DNA of 64,000 bases, taken from contig OZ024745.1 in assembly GCA_964016885.1 (NCBI GenBank), positions 25,792,001-25,856,000 on the forward strand. Reading direction: 5' to 3'. Position 1 is the first letter of the stretch, and every line of letters begins with the position of its first letter. This DNA comes from Eledone cirrhosa. Its lineage: Eukaryota. Shown piece by piece: positions 16,129-35,960 of this stretch. The translations under genes and the position numbers were made by a program. Below the pieces are notes generated by a model, which had not been told where the DNA came from, did not search any database, and was given only the letters and a program-made list of their open reading frames with translations.

Positions 16129-16639
16129 ACCTGTTTGATGCTGTTGATAATGTTTGAAAATCATAGGCAGGGAAGTATGGTAACGAAAGCGTTAAACCTG
16201 TTTGATGCTGTTGATAATATGTTCCAAAACTCAGGTTCAATGGCAAACAGATTTAAACGGAGAATTAGGTTTGGAAACTATTTTGAAAGTTTATTTTTAT
16301 CAGTTTAAACTTAGTTCAGAGAGACAGTAGTGCTAACTTTGTAGACTTTAGTGTTATGCGGACCTCAGACTGGAAACCGCTGACACCAGTATAATTATTT
16401 GATATATTTTGTGAAGACTAAACATTAAAGACTACATCTTTTACAACTAACTGAGCGACAGAGAAACTTGTAGTGCGAATTAAGAATTCCTAAAATACTT
16501 TGTGTGAAATGTCTTCGCTAAAGTTTAATCTATGAATGGTAAATAAAATCAAAGAACCAATGCTTGCTAGCATCATCATCATCATCACCACCTTTATCAT
16601 CATCATTATGTTGTAACTTGTCTTTGTAATGGCTCCTTT

Positions 16640-16850
16640 GTCCAATGCCTTTGTGGGAAATAAGAGAAATGATTGTGGCACAGAGCTACGGCCCTTTACG
16701 CTCTGAGTTTGAATCCCGTCTAGGTTAGGTTTGTCTTTCATGCTTACGGGGCTAATAAAATAAAGTACCAGTAAGGCACTGGGGTCGATTTAATCGACTT
16801 TCCCCTCCCCCAAAATTGCTGGCCTTGTGCCTAAATCAGAAACGATTATT
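16640..16850 (+). mobile_element. tRNA-derived SINE, family A (long-tail variant)
   Basis: B box, central domain, tail ggggtcgatttaatcgacttttcccctccccc. Confidence 0.8.
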
Positions 16851-17124
16851 CAAGCCAACCTTCCAAATTCTGATTCTTTCATTTTCAATATTTCATCTCA
16901 CCCCCTACCTATATCACCACCACCACTACCACCAGCCCCACCAACACCACCTCATCTTTGTATCTGATTCTTCTTTTTTTTCTTCTCTCCCCACCAACCC
17001 CAACCTTCTCCTCACTTCACCTCTTCTCCCCCCCCCCCCCAACCCCAACCTTCTCCTCACTTCACCTCTTCTCTTCTCTCCTCACCGTAAATGTCTGTGA
17101 CATGATGTGATTGATATAAGCCAA

Positions 17125-17324
17125 NNNNNNNNNNNNNNNNNNNNNNNNNNNNNNNNNNNNNNNNNNNNNNNNNNNNNNNNNNNNNNNNNNNNNNNNNNNN
17201 NNNNNNNNNNNNNNNNNNNNNNNNNNNNNNNNNNNNNNNNNNNNNNNNNNNNNNNNNNNNNNNNNNNNNNNNNNNNNNNNNNNNNNNNNNNNNNNNNNNN
17301 NNNNNNNNNNNNNNNNNNNNNNNN
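17125..17324. other. Assembly gap (200 N)
   Basis: Run of N adjoining a TA array. Confidence 1.
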
Positions 17325-17374
17325 TATATGTATATATATATATGTATATATATATATGTATATATATATATATG

Positions 17375-17405
<31 letters not shown>

Positions 17406-17450
17406 GTATATATATATGTATATATATATATGTATATATATGTGTATATG

Positions 17451-17481
<31 letters not shown>

Positions 17482-17488
17482 GTATATG

Positions 17489-17535
<47 letters not shown>

Positions 17536-17550
17536 GTATATGTATATATG

Positions 17551-17583
<33 letters not shown>

Positions 17584-17808
17584 GTATATATATATGTATA
17601 TATATATGTATATATGTATATATGTATATATGTATATATCTATATATGTATATATGTATATATGTATATATATATGTATATATATATGTATATGTATATA
17701 TATATGTATGTATGTATATATATATGTATATATATATATATATATGTATATATATGTATATATATGTATATATATATATGTATATATATGTATATATATA
17801 TATGTATA

Positions 17809-17855
<47 letters not shown>

Positions 17856-17902
17856 GTATATATATATATGTATATATATATATATGTATGTATATATGTA
17901 TG

Positions 17903-17933
<31 letters not shown>

Positions 17934-18010
17934 GTATGTATATATATATATATGTATGTATATATATATGTATGTATATATATATATATGTATGTATATA
18001 TATATGTATG

Positions 18011-18178
<168 letters not shown>

Positions 18179-18679
18179 TGTGTATATATATTTATATATA
18201 TACACACAGATAACTTAGTTGAACTGTATATCATCTCTGGTGGGTAAACATGATTATATCACAAAGAGTATTCAAAAGTACATCTTCCCTAGTAATATTA
18301 AGTTTTTTTTATTTTTTATCTTAATATAATATCATTTATGAGTTTTACTACAAATGTTATAACTAAGAGTTTAAAGCGCTGGACTTCAACCACGAAAACG
18401 TCTGTAGTTTGAAGCCAATGAAGGGAACCTCTACATAAACGCTTAACTCAATACAAATAGCAGCTAAGTGCCAGGTGGTCGTGTTAAAACTGGTGACATA
18501 TTAAGTTTATCAAACAAGTAAGCCACAGAGGAATTTAAACTAAACAATTCTAATATTTCCGTCAATTGGTATTTTATTTTATCGGCCTCAGAAGGGTGAA
18601 AGGCTAAGTTGACCGACGCCTTACCAATTTAATCCCAAAGAGAAGAAACCGAAACATTATTCTCTGAATGTTCCTTAAA

Positions 18680-18716
18680 CTCTGAAGATGGGAATTTTAA
18701 GTCCCGAAATATTAGG
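18680..18716 (+). ncRNA. Minimal hammerhead motif
   Basis: CTGAAGA t ggga attttaag tccc GAAA tat TA; stem I weak. Confidence 0.55.
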
Positions 18717-19135
18717 ACTGAAGAAAGAACAGCAACAACAAAAAACAAAACAAAGATTACATGGTAACTTACTTTTTCGTTACCTCATCTTACAATCCAT
18801 TTTGCATTGTTGAGCCTTATACCTCTTTCCACATTATGTGTGTTTGTATGTATATATATGTGTGTGTGTGACAGTGTATTTAGGAGCTCTAGCCCTAGTG
18901 CTGTTAAAAATACTCTCCGTGAATCTTTTCAATAATACCTTACCGGCGCCACTCGAGTAAGGTAATTATTTAACTCATAAATGGGGCTCTAACATAAATG
19001 GGGCTCTACTGTTCCAGGCCAGGGCAGACCTGGGAGTGATAACAACTAAGAGGTAACTCCACATTCCCCCACAGTTCCTGAACTCCTGAACTGGAGCCTT
19101 GTCACTGGATGCAGTATGATGTCACATCCAGACCA

Positions 19136-19188
<53 letters not shown>

Positions 19189-19299
19189 ATATATATATAT
19201 ATATAACATGGCCGGAGATCTTTGAAATAACATCAGTGACTTTCGCAAACCGTGTGTTTATAAATATATATATATAAATATAGCGTGCCCCCAAAACTG

Positions 19300-19363
19300 C
19301 ATTCTAATAAATATTGCCTGTACAGGTAATCAAAGTGTGCATAAATTTGTTTGGGACACTCTC
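19300..19363 (-). mobile_element. Tc1-like MITE end
   Basis: Reverse complement of 38529-38595 (cagggtgttctcaaaaaatgtatacacactttgattacctgtacaggcaata). Confidence 0.6.
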
Positions 19364-19745
19364 GATATATATGTGTATAATATCCATTTTACATGAATTT
19401 ATTGGGTTGTGAGAGCGTATGGTGTCGTGAGTTGGATTCTTGGAACAGGAACGGGCGGCGCGTTATGTCCTTCAACATAATAGTTTATTTCACGTTTCTT
19501 TGGTTAAGAAAGTTGGCAAAAAGTGAGCATGTAGTTTTGATGATTGAATCAACTGGAACTTTCGTCGTCGGAAACGACGGAGGTCCAACAATATTATTGG
19601 GTCACATATAATATAGTTTCTGGCTTGGTGTGGTTTGTCTGCTGCTGCTGTACAGAAGCTGAGGATGGTAAAATGGTGGAGAAACGGAGAGCAATTACTT
19701 ATTCAACGACCAGTTGACTACATCCTGTTCAAATTCCTCAGTCTG

Positions 19746-19874
19746 TCAAGCGGGGGTGGAATTAATAAGGGGTGTTCGTGGTTGTATTAGTGGTGGTGGT
19801 GTTGGTAGTGTTGGTGGTAGTGTTTCAAAGACTTCAAATTGTTCTACCCAAAATACTTTCCGTATGACTCTAAT
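19746..19874 (-). CDS. Candidate terminal coding exon of an unidentified gene
   Basis: Acceptor ccacatAG, then IRVIRKVFWVEQFEVFETLPPTLPTPPPLIQPRTPLINSTPA*; the other two frames stop early. Confidence 0.35.
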   Translation of the reverse strand: MRVIRKVFWVEQFEVFETLPPTLPTPPPLIQPRTPLINSTPA

Positions 19875-19894
19875 CTATGTGGTTGGAGGGTGGA

Positions 19895-19992
<98 letters not shown>

Positions 19993-20104
19993 TGTGTATG
20001 TATGTAAGCATATGTATGTGCGTATGTATGCATATATATATATATACACATATATATATATATATTAGTGTGTATGTATGTAAGCATATGTATGTGCGTA
20101 TGTA

Positions 20105-20142
<38 letters not shown>

Positions 20143-20529
20143 CGCACATACATATTCTTAAATACATACACACTCATATATATATATACATGAGTGTATG
20201 TATATCATATGTATATGTATATATATATACATGCACATATATATGCTTATGATATACATACACTCAATTAAAAAGAAAAACAAGGAAAATGTAACATAGC
20301 GATGACAACGCTGATAATGAAGATGATGATGATGATGATAGTGCTGATGATTATGATGATGATAATGATGATAGTGAAGATGATGATGATGATGATGATG
20401 ATTCTTGGAAAAAAATTACCCTAAGAATTTTTTTTTATTTTTAATATTTATATATATTTTTATATATATAAATAATTGGTTACTGAACTGTTAAAGCATA
20501 AAAAATAGTCCTGAGTGGGTAATATATAC

Positions 20530-20599
<70 letters not shown>

Positions 20600-20744
20600 A
20601 TATGTATGTATAATGTATATGTATGTATATATGTATGTATATATGTATATGTATGTATATATGTATGTATATATGTATATGTATGTATATATGTATGTAT
20701 ATATGTATATGTATGTATATATGTATGTATATATGTATATATAT

Positions 20745-20786
<42 letters not shown>

Positions 20787-20870
20787 TACATATACATATA
20801 CATATATAAATATATATATATATAACTTTGAATAACTTTGAAATGTTTTGGCCAGTATTGGCCCAGGCCA

Positions 20871-21480
20871 TGTCAGGTCACCAGTTGGTGCTACTGGTAA
20901 CATGTATTCCAGTACAACCTGTCTCATGGTCGGGTCGTTGGCGACTAAACTGGCAACCCCACCAAGGTTTCTTGGTGAGGAGGGTGACTTTGGACATCCT
21001 GCAGGACTAAAAACAAAACCTGTCAAAGGGCAAAGGAGCTCTTAAGAGTCAATGGCCATCCAAAATCACCGGGAGAGATGACCCCTTAGCCTTTGTCAAG
21101 GCAGAATTCTAGGAGAAGGAAAACTCTGATATAACACCTGCGACTCTGATGGTATCCAATGATGTTGACTTGTTCTTCTTTTTGGTAAATATCATCTTGG
21201 TTAAGAGAGTGGGACTGGCTTTGTGCAGTGCCTTTGCTCACTATAAAAGCTTCACGGCACAGGCATTGCTTTATATCTGGAGATCTCTCTGCACTTGTCG
21301 TCACATGGTACCATGGCCCAGCACTATGTGTCAATAATTGTCACAAGTGTAGTGTTTGTTCCAGAGTTTTCAAGTCGTTGGCTGGACTAAAAAGTCACAC
21401 CCGTTCGGCGCATCGGTAGGGGTTCTCCTATATGGATATAGAGTAGTGGCCGTACTCGAAAACGAGTTGGCAGCCACCAT
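20871..21480 (+). mobile_element. Non-autonomous bipartite RTE-derived element, copy 1
   Basis: RTE-type 5' UTR motif ctaggagaaggaaaactctga; C-terminal zinc finger [22 protein letters not shown]; 3' stem-loop ctcgaaaacgag; (AT)n tail. Confidence 0.85.
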
Positions 21481-25391
<3,911 letters not shown>

Positions 25392-26002
25392 TGTCAGGTC
25401 ACCAGTTGGTGCTACTGGTAACATGTATTCCAGTACAACCTGTCTCATGGTCGGGTCGTTGGCGACTAAACTGGCAACCCCACCAAGGTTTCTTGGTGAG
25501 GAGGGTGACTTTGGACATCCCGCAGGACTAAAAACAAAACCTGTCAAAGGGCAAAGGAGCTCTTAAGAGTCAATGGCCATCCAAAATCACCGGGAGAGAT
25601 GACCCCTTAGCCTTTGTCAAGGCAGAATTCTAGGAGAAGGAAAACTCTGATATAACACCTGCGACTCTGATGGTATCCAATGATGTTGACTTGTTCTTCT
25701 TTTTGGTAAATATCATCTTGGTTAAGAGAGTGGGACTGTCTTTGTGCAGTGCCTTTGCTCACTATAAAAGCTTCACGGCACAGGCATTGCTTTATATCTG
25801 GAGATCTCTCTGCACTTGTCGTCACATGGTACCATGGGCCCAGCACTATGTGTCAATAATTGTCACAAGTGTAGTGTTTGTTCCAGCGTTTTCAAGTCGC
25901 TGGCTGGACTAAAAAGTCACACCCGTTCGGCGCATCGGTAGGGGTTCTCCTATATGGATATAAAGTAGTGGCCGTACTCGAAAACGAGTTGGCAGCCACC
26001 AT
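25392..26002 (+). mobile_element. Bipartite RTE-derived element, copy 2
   Basis: About 6 differences from copy 1. Confidence 0.85.
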
Positions 26003-28460
<2,458 letters not shown>

Positions 28461-28766
28461 TAAAATTGGTCGTTCTGGAAGCCTCAACAATGCAGTATCA
28501 GGTTGTGAAGAGAGAGATGTAAGAGGAAACGTATAATGAGATATATAGTGTGTAGAGGAACGTAGGAAAGAGTGTAAAAATAATAACACGAGATTCAATT
28601 ACCTTGGGAGTGATTTAATTGTCCCTATATTTCGGATTTCGCATCCATCAACTGGGGGTTTTTCCGAGGGGGAAAAGTTTTTAGTCGGAGAGGAACGGCA
28701 CGTGGCCACTGTTTATGTACGCCGTATATATACATTTATTATATATATATATATATATACATTTAT

Positions 28767-28797
<31 letters not shown>

Positions 28798-28807
28798 TAT
28801 ATATATT

Positions 28808-28859
<52 letters not shown>

Positions 28860-29006
28860 TATTTTCCGTTGTGTTGTAATATAAATATTACACACAGTAG
28901 ATTATCAGCTCACGTAGAGTTTGCTCGACGGTTCCAGTTGTAGTTCCAAAAGTAATCCGGAGAAAAATAGAAAGATTTGAATGGATACAGTTTAGTTGAA
29001 AGGAAT

Positions 29007-29126
29007 TTATTGACACGTGTTTCTATAACTGTTACATAACCTAAAACAGCTGCTATCTACAAACTTTTAGTTATGCAGACATTCAATATTTCAATGTTAT
29101 TATTTACTGTCATTTCATCAGAATAA
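29007..29126 (-). ncRNA. Hammerhead with intact core boxes and a 91-nt stem-II domain
   Basis: ttatt CTGATGA [91 nt] GAAA cacgtg TC aataa; partial second copy at 36349-36485. Confidence 0.6.
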
Positions 29127-29157
29127 TATTACTGAGGACCTATTTAGTTTTTATAGA

Positions 29158-29195
<38 letters not shown>

Positions 29196-29197
<2 letters not shown>

Positions 29198-29320
29198 TGA
29201 AGGCGTGTGGCTGAGTGGTTAGAGAATTGGATTCGCAATCGTAAGGTTGTGAGTTCGATTCCTGGACCAGGCGATGCGTTATGTCCTTGAGCAAGACACT
29301 TTATTTCACGTTGCTCCTTC
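29196..29320 (+). mobile_element. tRNA-derived SINE, family B (CORE-like box)
   Basis: A box tggctgagtgg, B box gagttcgattcc, tgtccttgagcaagacactt. Confidence 0.8.
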
Positions 29321-29966
29321 TACCTGGAGTTGCGACCGATAGATAGTATTAGCAATTGGAAAGACCAACGGAAACATTGTTCCCTCGGTCGGATTTGACG
29401 AAAGTCGATCGTTTAAGATATATATATATTTATATAATAAATGTATGTATGTATATATATATTTATATAATAAATGTATGTATGTATATATATATTTATA
29501 TAATAAATGTATGTATATGTATATATATATTTATGTAATAAATGTATGTATGTATATATATATTTATATAATAAATGTATGTATATATATATATATATTT
29601 ATATAATAAATGTATGTATATATATTTATATAATGAAATATGTATATATATATATTTATATAATAAATGCATGTATATATATATATATATATATATTTAT
29701 ATAATAAATGTATGTATATATATATATATATATATATATTATAAATGTATATATACATAAATATATTATAATTGTATATATACATAAATATATTATAAAT
29801 GTATATATACATATATATATTATAAATGTATATTTATTTATATATTATATATGTGTATATATAAAATAAGAAGACATTTGGTGAAGGTATGTGTGTGTGT
29901 GTGTGTGTGTGTGTCTGAGGGGGTGTGGAGATGACGGCGGGGATAATTTGGGAATGGTAAAAATAC

Positions 29967-29996
29967 TTCTTGTCCTACTATCAAATCGTGCAGAGA
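29967..29996 (-). CDS. Candidate 30-nt microexon (SLHDLIVGQE)
   Basis: T-rich tract + AAAG acceptor, GTATTT donor, phase 0/0. Confidence 0.22.
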
Positions 29997-30247
29997 CTTT
30001 TAATGAAAATAATGCAAAAAAAAAGTTATATGAAAAAAAAGACAAAGAAAAACAATAAGGAAAGCAAGTATAATAATAAGAACAATAAAAGTCACTTCCC
30101 CTCCCCTCCCGCCCTCCTCCACACAACTGGGCAATGGAGGGCCGCTTGCTTAAATAAATGTTATTTTAGAGTTTTTAGAGACATTCCTTAGGAGGCGTTA
30201 ATTACTATTAGCAATTTACGGCAAACTTGGAAACACATTTGTGTTAG

Positions 30248-30812
30248 CTGGTGGTGGTGGTGATGGTGATGGTGGAGTTGGTGGTGGTTAGGTGGTGGTG
30301 GTGGTGGTGGTTGGGTGGTGGTGATGGCAGTGGTGGTGGTGGTATGTAATAGTGTTTGTGGTGGATGTGATGGTCGTGGTGGTTGTATTGGGTGGTAGTG
30401 TTGGTGGTTGTATTCGGTGATGGTGGTGGTGTTGTGGTGGTGGTGTGGCAGTAACGGTGGTGGTGGGTGCGGTGGTGATGATGGAGTGGTGACAGTGATA
30501 ATGAGAGTGGTGATGATTGGGTGGGTGGTAGTAATGGTGGTGGTGGTGGTGGTGTGAAGGGGTGGTAGTACTGGTGGTGATGGGATGGTGGTTGTGGTGG
30601 TGCTGATGGGATGGCATTAACGGTGATGGTGGTGGAGGTGGTGACGATGGAATGGTGACAGTGATAATGAGAGTGATGGGGTGGTAGTGGTGGTGGTGGT
30701 GGTGGTAGCTGGTGAAGATGATGGAGTGGCGTTAGTGATAACGAGAGTGGTGGTGGAAGCAGTAATGGGGATAGTGATGGTGGTGGTGGTGGTAGTGGTG
30801 ATGGTGGTGATG
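30248..30812. repeat. Degenerate (GGT/GAT)n trinucleotide array
   Basis: Direct reading. Confidence 0.9.
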
Positions 30813-30916
30813 GGGAGAAAAAATTAATAACTAAAACTTAATGAAATATAAAATTTATATATTGATATAATAGTGTGGTGTGTTTAATATGGCTTCTTTT
30901 TGACGTGCAAACTACT

Positions 30917-30950
<34 letters not shown>

Positions 30951-30964
30951 CTATATATATATAA

Positions 30965-31052
30965 CATTTTACACGTTTTTATTGTATGTAAACTTCCCCC
31001 TTTGTATTTGTCCCCTTCTTTTGTGCTCCTGTGGCTAATAAAGAAATATATC
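30965..31052 (+). mobile_element. Extreme 3' end of a Tx1/L1-like element within (TATC)n
   Basis: gtgctcctgtggctaataaagaaatatatct resembles the 3' end at 54263-54296. Confidence 0.65.
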
Positions 31053-31068
31053 TATCTATATATATATA

Positions 31069-31674
31069 ATGGTGGCTGCCAACTCGTTTTCGAGTATGGC
31101 CACTACTTTATATCCATGTAGGAGAACCCCTACCGATGCGCTGAACGAGTGTGACTTTTTATTCCAGCCAGTGACTTGAACACTCTGGTACAAACACTAC
31201 ACTACATTGTGACAATTATTGACATATAGTGCTGGGCCCATGGTACCATGTGACAACAAGTGAGATCTCCAGATATAAAGCAATGCCTGTGCCGTGAAGC
31301 TTTTATAGTGAGCAAAGGCACTGCACAAAGCCAGTCCCACTCTCTTAACCAAGATGATATTTACCAAAAAGAAGAACAAGTCAACATCATTGGATACCAT
31401 CAGGGTTGCAGGTGTTATATCAGAGTTTTCCTTCTCCTAGAATTCTGCCTTGACAAAGGCTAAGGGGTCATCTCTCCCGGTGATTTTGGATGGCCATTGA
31501 CTCTTAAGAGCTCCTTTGCCCTTTGACAGGTTTTGTTTTTAGTCCTGCAGGATGTCCAAAGTCACCCACCTCACCAAGAAACCTTGGCGGGGTTGACAGT
31601 TTAGTCGCCAACGACCCGACCATGAGACAGGTTGTACTGGGATACATGTTACCAGTAGCACCAACTGGTGACCT

Positions 31675-31678
<4 letters not shown>
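31069..31678 (-). mobile_element. Bipartite RTE-derived element, copy 3 (inverted, more diverged)
   Basis: Reverse complement of copy 1 with small indels; same TGTCAGG start. Confidence 0.85.
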
Positions 31679-31716
<38 letters not shown>

Positions 31717-31763
31717 AATTTTCCATTATATATATATATATATATATATGTAATGTATGTATG

Positions 31764-31799
<36 letters not shown>

Positions 31800-31887
31800 T
31801 GTATATATATGTATGTATGTATATATGTATGTATATATATATATACATACATATATATATACATACATACATATATATATACATACA

Positions 31888-31937
<50 letters not shown>

Positions 31938-32024
31938 GGAAAATTTGAACAGGAACAAGACAGAGAGGCAGTACAACGAATGTTTATTAATTTCACGCTC
32001 TTGAGAGTGGGGTGGTGGTGGGGA

Positions 32025-32056
32025 ACGACGTTTCGGGCATAAGCCCTTCTTCAGGT
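32025..32056 (-). ncRNA. Minimal Penelope-type hammerhead
   Basis: ac CTGAAGA a gggc ttat gccc GAAA cg TC gt; AATAAA ~37 nt downstream. Confidence 0.75.
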
Positions 32057-32362
32057 GAAGAGTTCAAAGGGTGTGTAGGGGAGTGGTGGAGAGACATATA
32101 GCTAAAAGGGGGTGGGAGGAAACGGTGCAAGGGAAATTAAAAATAAAGCATGATCAAATTAAAATTAAAATGGGGTGAAACAGGTGGTGGAAGGGTGTGG
32201 GGCGTGTAGGGGTGGTGGCGGGTGGAGTGGGGAGAGGGAGACGGGGTGTCCGAGCGGGGAGGGCTGAATGTGGTGTGTGTGTGTAGGTGTACGTGTGTGT
32301 GTGTATGTGAAAGCAAGGGTTGGGAGAAGAACGGGGTTGCATGTTCAGGAAGAGGTGTATGT

Positions 32363-32408
<46 letters not shown>

Positions 32409-32410
32409 CA

Positions 32411-32446
<36 letters not shown>

Positions 32447-32647
32447 CATACATACATACACACACATACATGCATACATATATATATATACATACATACA
32501 TATATATATATATACATACATACATACACACACATACATGCATACATATATATATATATATACATACATATATATATACATATACATACATATATATATA
32601 TATATACATACATATATACATATACATACATATATATATATATATAT

Positions 32648-32678
<31 letters not shown>

Positions 32679-32702
32679 CATACATATATACATATACATA
32701 CA

Positions 32703-32735
<33 letters not shown>

Positions 32736-32835
32736 GTATACATACATATATATATATATATACATACATATATATATATACATATATATATACATACATA
32801 TATATATATACATACATATATATATATATACATAC

Positions 32836-32868
<33 letters not shown>

Positions 32869-32873
32869 CATAC

Positions 32874-32908
<35 letters not shown>

Positions 32909-32925
32909 CATACATATATATATAC

Positions 32926-32978
32926 ATGGTGGTGGCTGCCAACTCGTTTTCGAGTATGGCCACTACTTTATATCCATA
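32926..32978 (-). mobile_element. 3'-terminal fragment of the bipartite RTE element
   Basis: ggtggctgccaactcgttttcgagtatggccactac embedded in a TA/CATA array. Confidence 0.85.
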
Positions 32979-33037
32979 CATATATATATACATATACATA
33001 CATATATATATACATACATATATATATACATATATAC

Positions 33038-33070
<33 letters not shown>

Positions 33071-33585
33071 CATATATATATACATATATATATACATATA
33101 TACATACATATATATACATACATACATATATATATATATACATATATATATACATACATATATACATACATATATATATATACATACATATATACATACA
33201 TATATATATATACATACATATATATATACATACATATATATATATACATACATATATATATATATATACGAAGTTTAAGAATATACAAAACAACCACAGA
33301 GATGCAAACAGTACAAAATCTTAGGTTAACACATGGGAATAAAGATAAAGGAATTTGGACATAAGTTCTTCTTCAGGAAATACAAAAAAAATTGGAGAAA
33401 GAGAAGGCATGGGGGAGTGGGGGTGACGTGGAAAATCCAGGTGTGTCATGGATATTGTTATCTGTGTGAAGTGTGCATTTCGTGGATGTCAATTGTCTCT
33501 CTGCGTGTGTATGTTTGTGTGTGTATGCTTATGTGTGAGTGTGTCTGTGAATATTTTATGTACTTTTGTCTTGCCTGTGTGTACA

Positions 33586-33621
<36 letters not shown>

Positions 33622-33628
33622 TGTGTGC

Positions 33629-33672
<44 letters not shown>

Positions 33673-33838
33673 ATGCTTGTGTATGAGTATAAGTGTGTGG
33701 GCATGTAGATGTTTATATGTCTGGGTGAGTTTAAGCACCTATTAGTCAATACATGTAAGTGTGTTTATACGTGTGTGTGCATAAGCTTGTATGACTATAT
33801 CTGTGTGGTAGAATCCATGGCATGCACATGCACACGCA

Positions 33839-33921
<83 letters not shown>

Positions 33922-34053
33922 GTACACACACTTACAAACACACGTGTGTGTGTATATATATACATATATACACACACATATATATATATATATACACGTA
34001 CGCGTATACATATATGTATGTACACATATATATATATAAACATACACGTATGC

Positions 34054-34086
<33 letters not shown>

Positions 34087-34166
34087 AGAGAGAGAGAGAT
34101 GCATATATATGTGTGTGTGTGTGAGAATGTGTGTGTGAGTGTGTGTGTGAGAGTGCATATATAAAC

Positions 34167-34218
34167 CTCGGTCATGTATTTGTTTTGCAAAATTCTTGAT
34201 GTGAATGGAAGTGCCATG
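34167..34218 (-). CDS. Candidate 52-nt exon ([17 protein letters not shown])
   Basis: tttttattggcAG acceptor, gag|GTTTAT donor. Confidence 0.25.
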
Positions 34219-34403
34219 CTGCCAATAAAAACACACGTACCAATCAAGTCACTATCCCATTCATTGGTAGCTTTAGTAACTGATGAATGAATTAGTGATG
34301 ACATATATATATATATATCGGCTGGAAAGTCACTGGATAGTGAATTTCCAACCGATAAGGTACAATTTTCATGGGTACGTCTCTATTTATAAAACAAAAT
34401 TTG

Positions 34404-34468
34404 TATTTTATCTGATGAAAGCGCACCAATATTGTCTTGGTCGCCCTTGAAATATATATAATAAAATA
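34404..34468 (+). ncRNA. Type I hammerhead ribozyme, intact core, 8-bp stem I
   Basis: tattttat CTGATGA aagcgcaccaa tattgtc ttggtcgccctt GAAA tatata TA ataaaata. Confidence 0.85.
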
Positions 34469-34903
34469 GATATGGTTTTATAAATATATTTCCCTTTATT
34501 TAATATTATGGAATATTTACTCCAGTAATTTGTTGAGTGCTCTAAATCAGTTATAAACATTTATGTTTGTCGGATTTCCAACAAATTAAATACAACTTCC
34601 ACACACATACACACACACACACACATATATATATATTGAAAAGTGTGTAAGGTTCTATATAAACAAGAGCTTATACAAAAAAAATAGTACGAATGGAAAA
34701 CAACACGGAAGTATATTTTAAGAAACTTTTTTTAACCCGACAAAGTGTTATTGAAAAAAAAATGGCGAAAAACAATTTTTTACAAAAGAGGTTTTATAAA
34801 ATACATAAAAAAATTACCTGTTTCCATATAATCCATCTTATCAAATATTAAATATCGAAATTATGAATTAAAAATTAAGGGTTGAAGCAGGTCTATTCAC
34901 ATT

Positions 34904-34958
<55 letters not shown>

Positions 34959-35563
34959 TGTGTGTGTGTGGTGTGTGTGTGTGTGTGTATATATGTATGT
35001 GTGAGTGAGTGAGTCCCGGGTTCAATCGGGGATAACCACAGTTAGTAAGGTACTCAATACATTAGTGGAGTGTAAACATCATGTTTAATATAGAAATACC
35101 TTCTACAGGATTAGAACTGTTTCATTCAAAAAAACCATCTCGATTTGGAGGTATATAAGTTAGACGGACTAAAATATTTTATCTTTATATTTTATCATTT
35201 CATTGTCTAATTATTAGAGACAAATAAATTTCTACTATATATATACATATATATATATATATATAAACTTAAGAAAAGCAGCAAAGAAGCCTTAAAAAAT
35301 TATTTTTGAAAATTAAAAATACAAACGAAGGACAAAGAACTCCAGGGCCATCGGCTGTTGAAGTAGACTTTGGCATCTCGACCTTTACCAACGGCACTGC
35401 TGGTCTACCCGGGGTCACAGCCACTAATATAAGCCAAACCCTGTCCAGTGGAGTAAGAAGTGAGAGACAAAATATTAATTCATAGCAATTAAGATATAAC
35501 AAGAACACAGTATTTTATTTGACGCCAGGAAAAAAGTGTGGTGCCTCTTATAGCACGGGAGTC

Positions 35564-35627
<64 letters not shown>

Positions 35628-35894
35628 CGGTTGAATTCAGAAACATAGGGAATTTTGAAATATGTGTCCAAACGTATACGAACATAATGAAAGTGGCTCA
35701 CTAAAGAATAGTTGAGAAATTTGAGTAAACCACTATTAAGGTCACTTGCGTTGGGAACCACATATTTGAAATATATATATACACACACATATACATATAT
35801 ATATATATTACACTGCTAGCGTAAACCTCTTCAAATGAAGTTGAAGTTTATTACGGTATGTCGAATATATTTATCTATAAAACTGTTTATATTG

Positions 35895-35960
35895 TATTTT
35901 GTCTGATGAAGGCATAGCATATTGTTAATATGATATCCCCGAAATATATATAATGAAATA
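35895..35960 (+). ncRNA. Type I hammerhead, same element family, different stem II sequence
   Basis: tattttgt CTGATGA aggcatagcatatt gtt aatatgatatcccc GAAA tatata TA atgaaata. Confidence 0.8.

Noticed and set aside
21342-21419. Host C2H2 zinc-finger gene
   Set aside because: A single finger followed by a stop and an RTE-type 3' stem-loop inside a repeated element.
29196-29270. tRNA gene
   Set aside because: A/B boxes run into a SINE body, and related copies are dispersed in the window.
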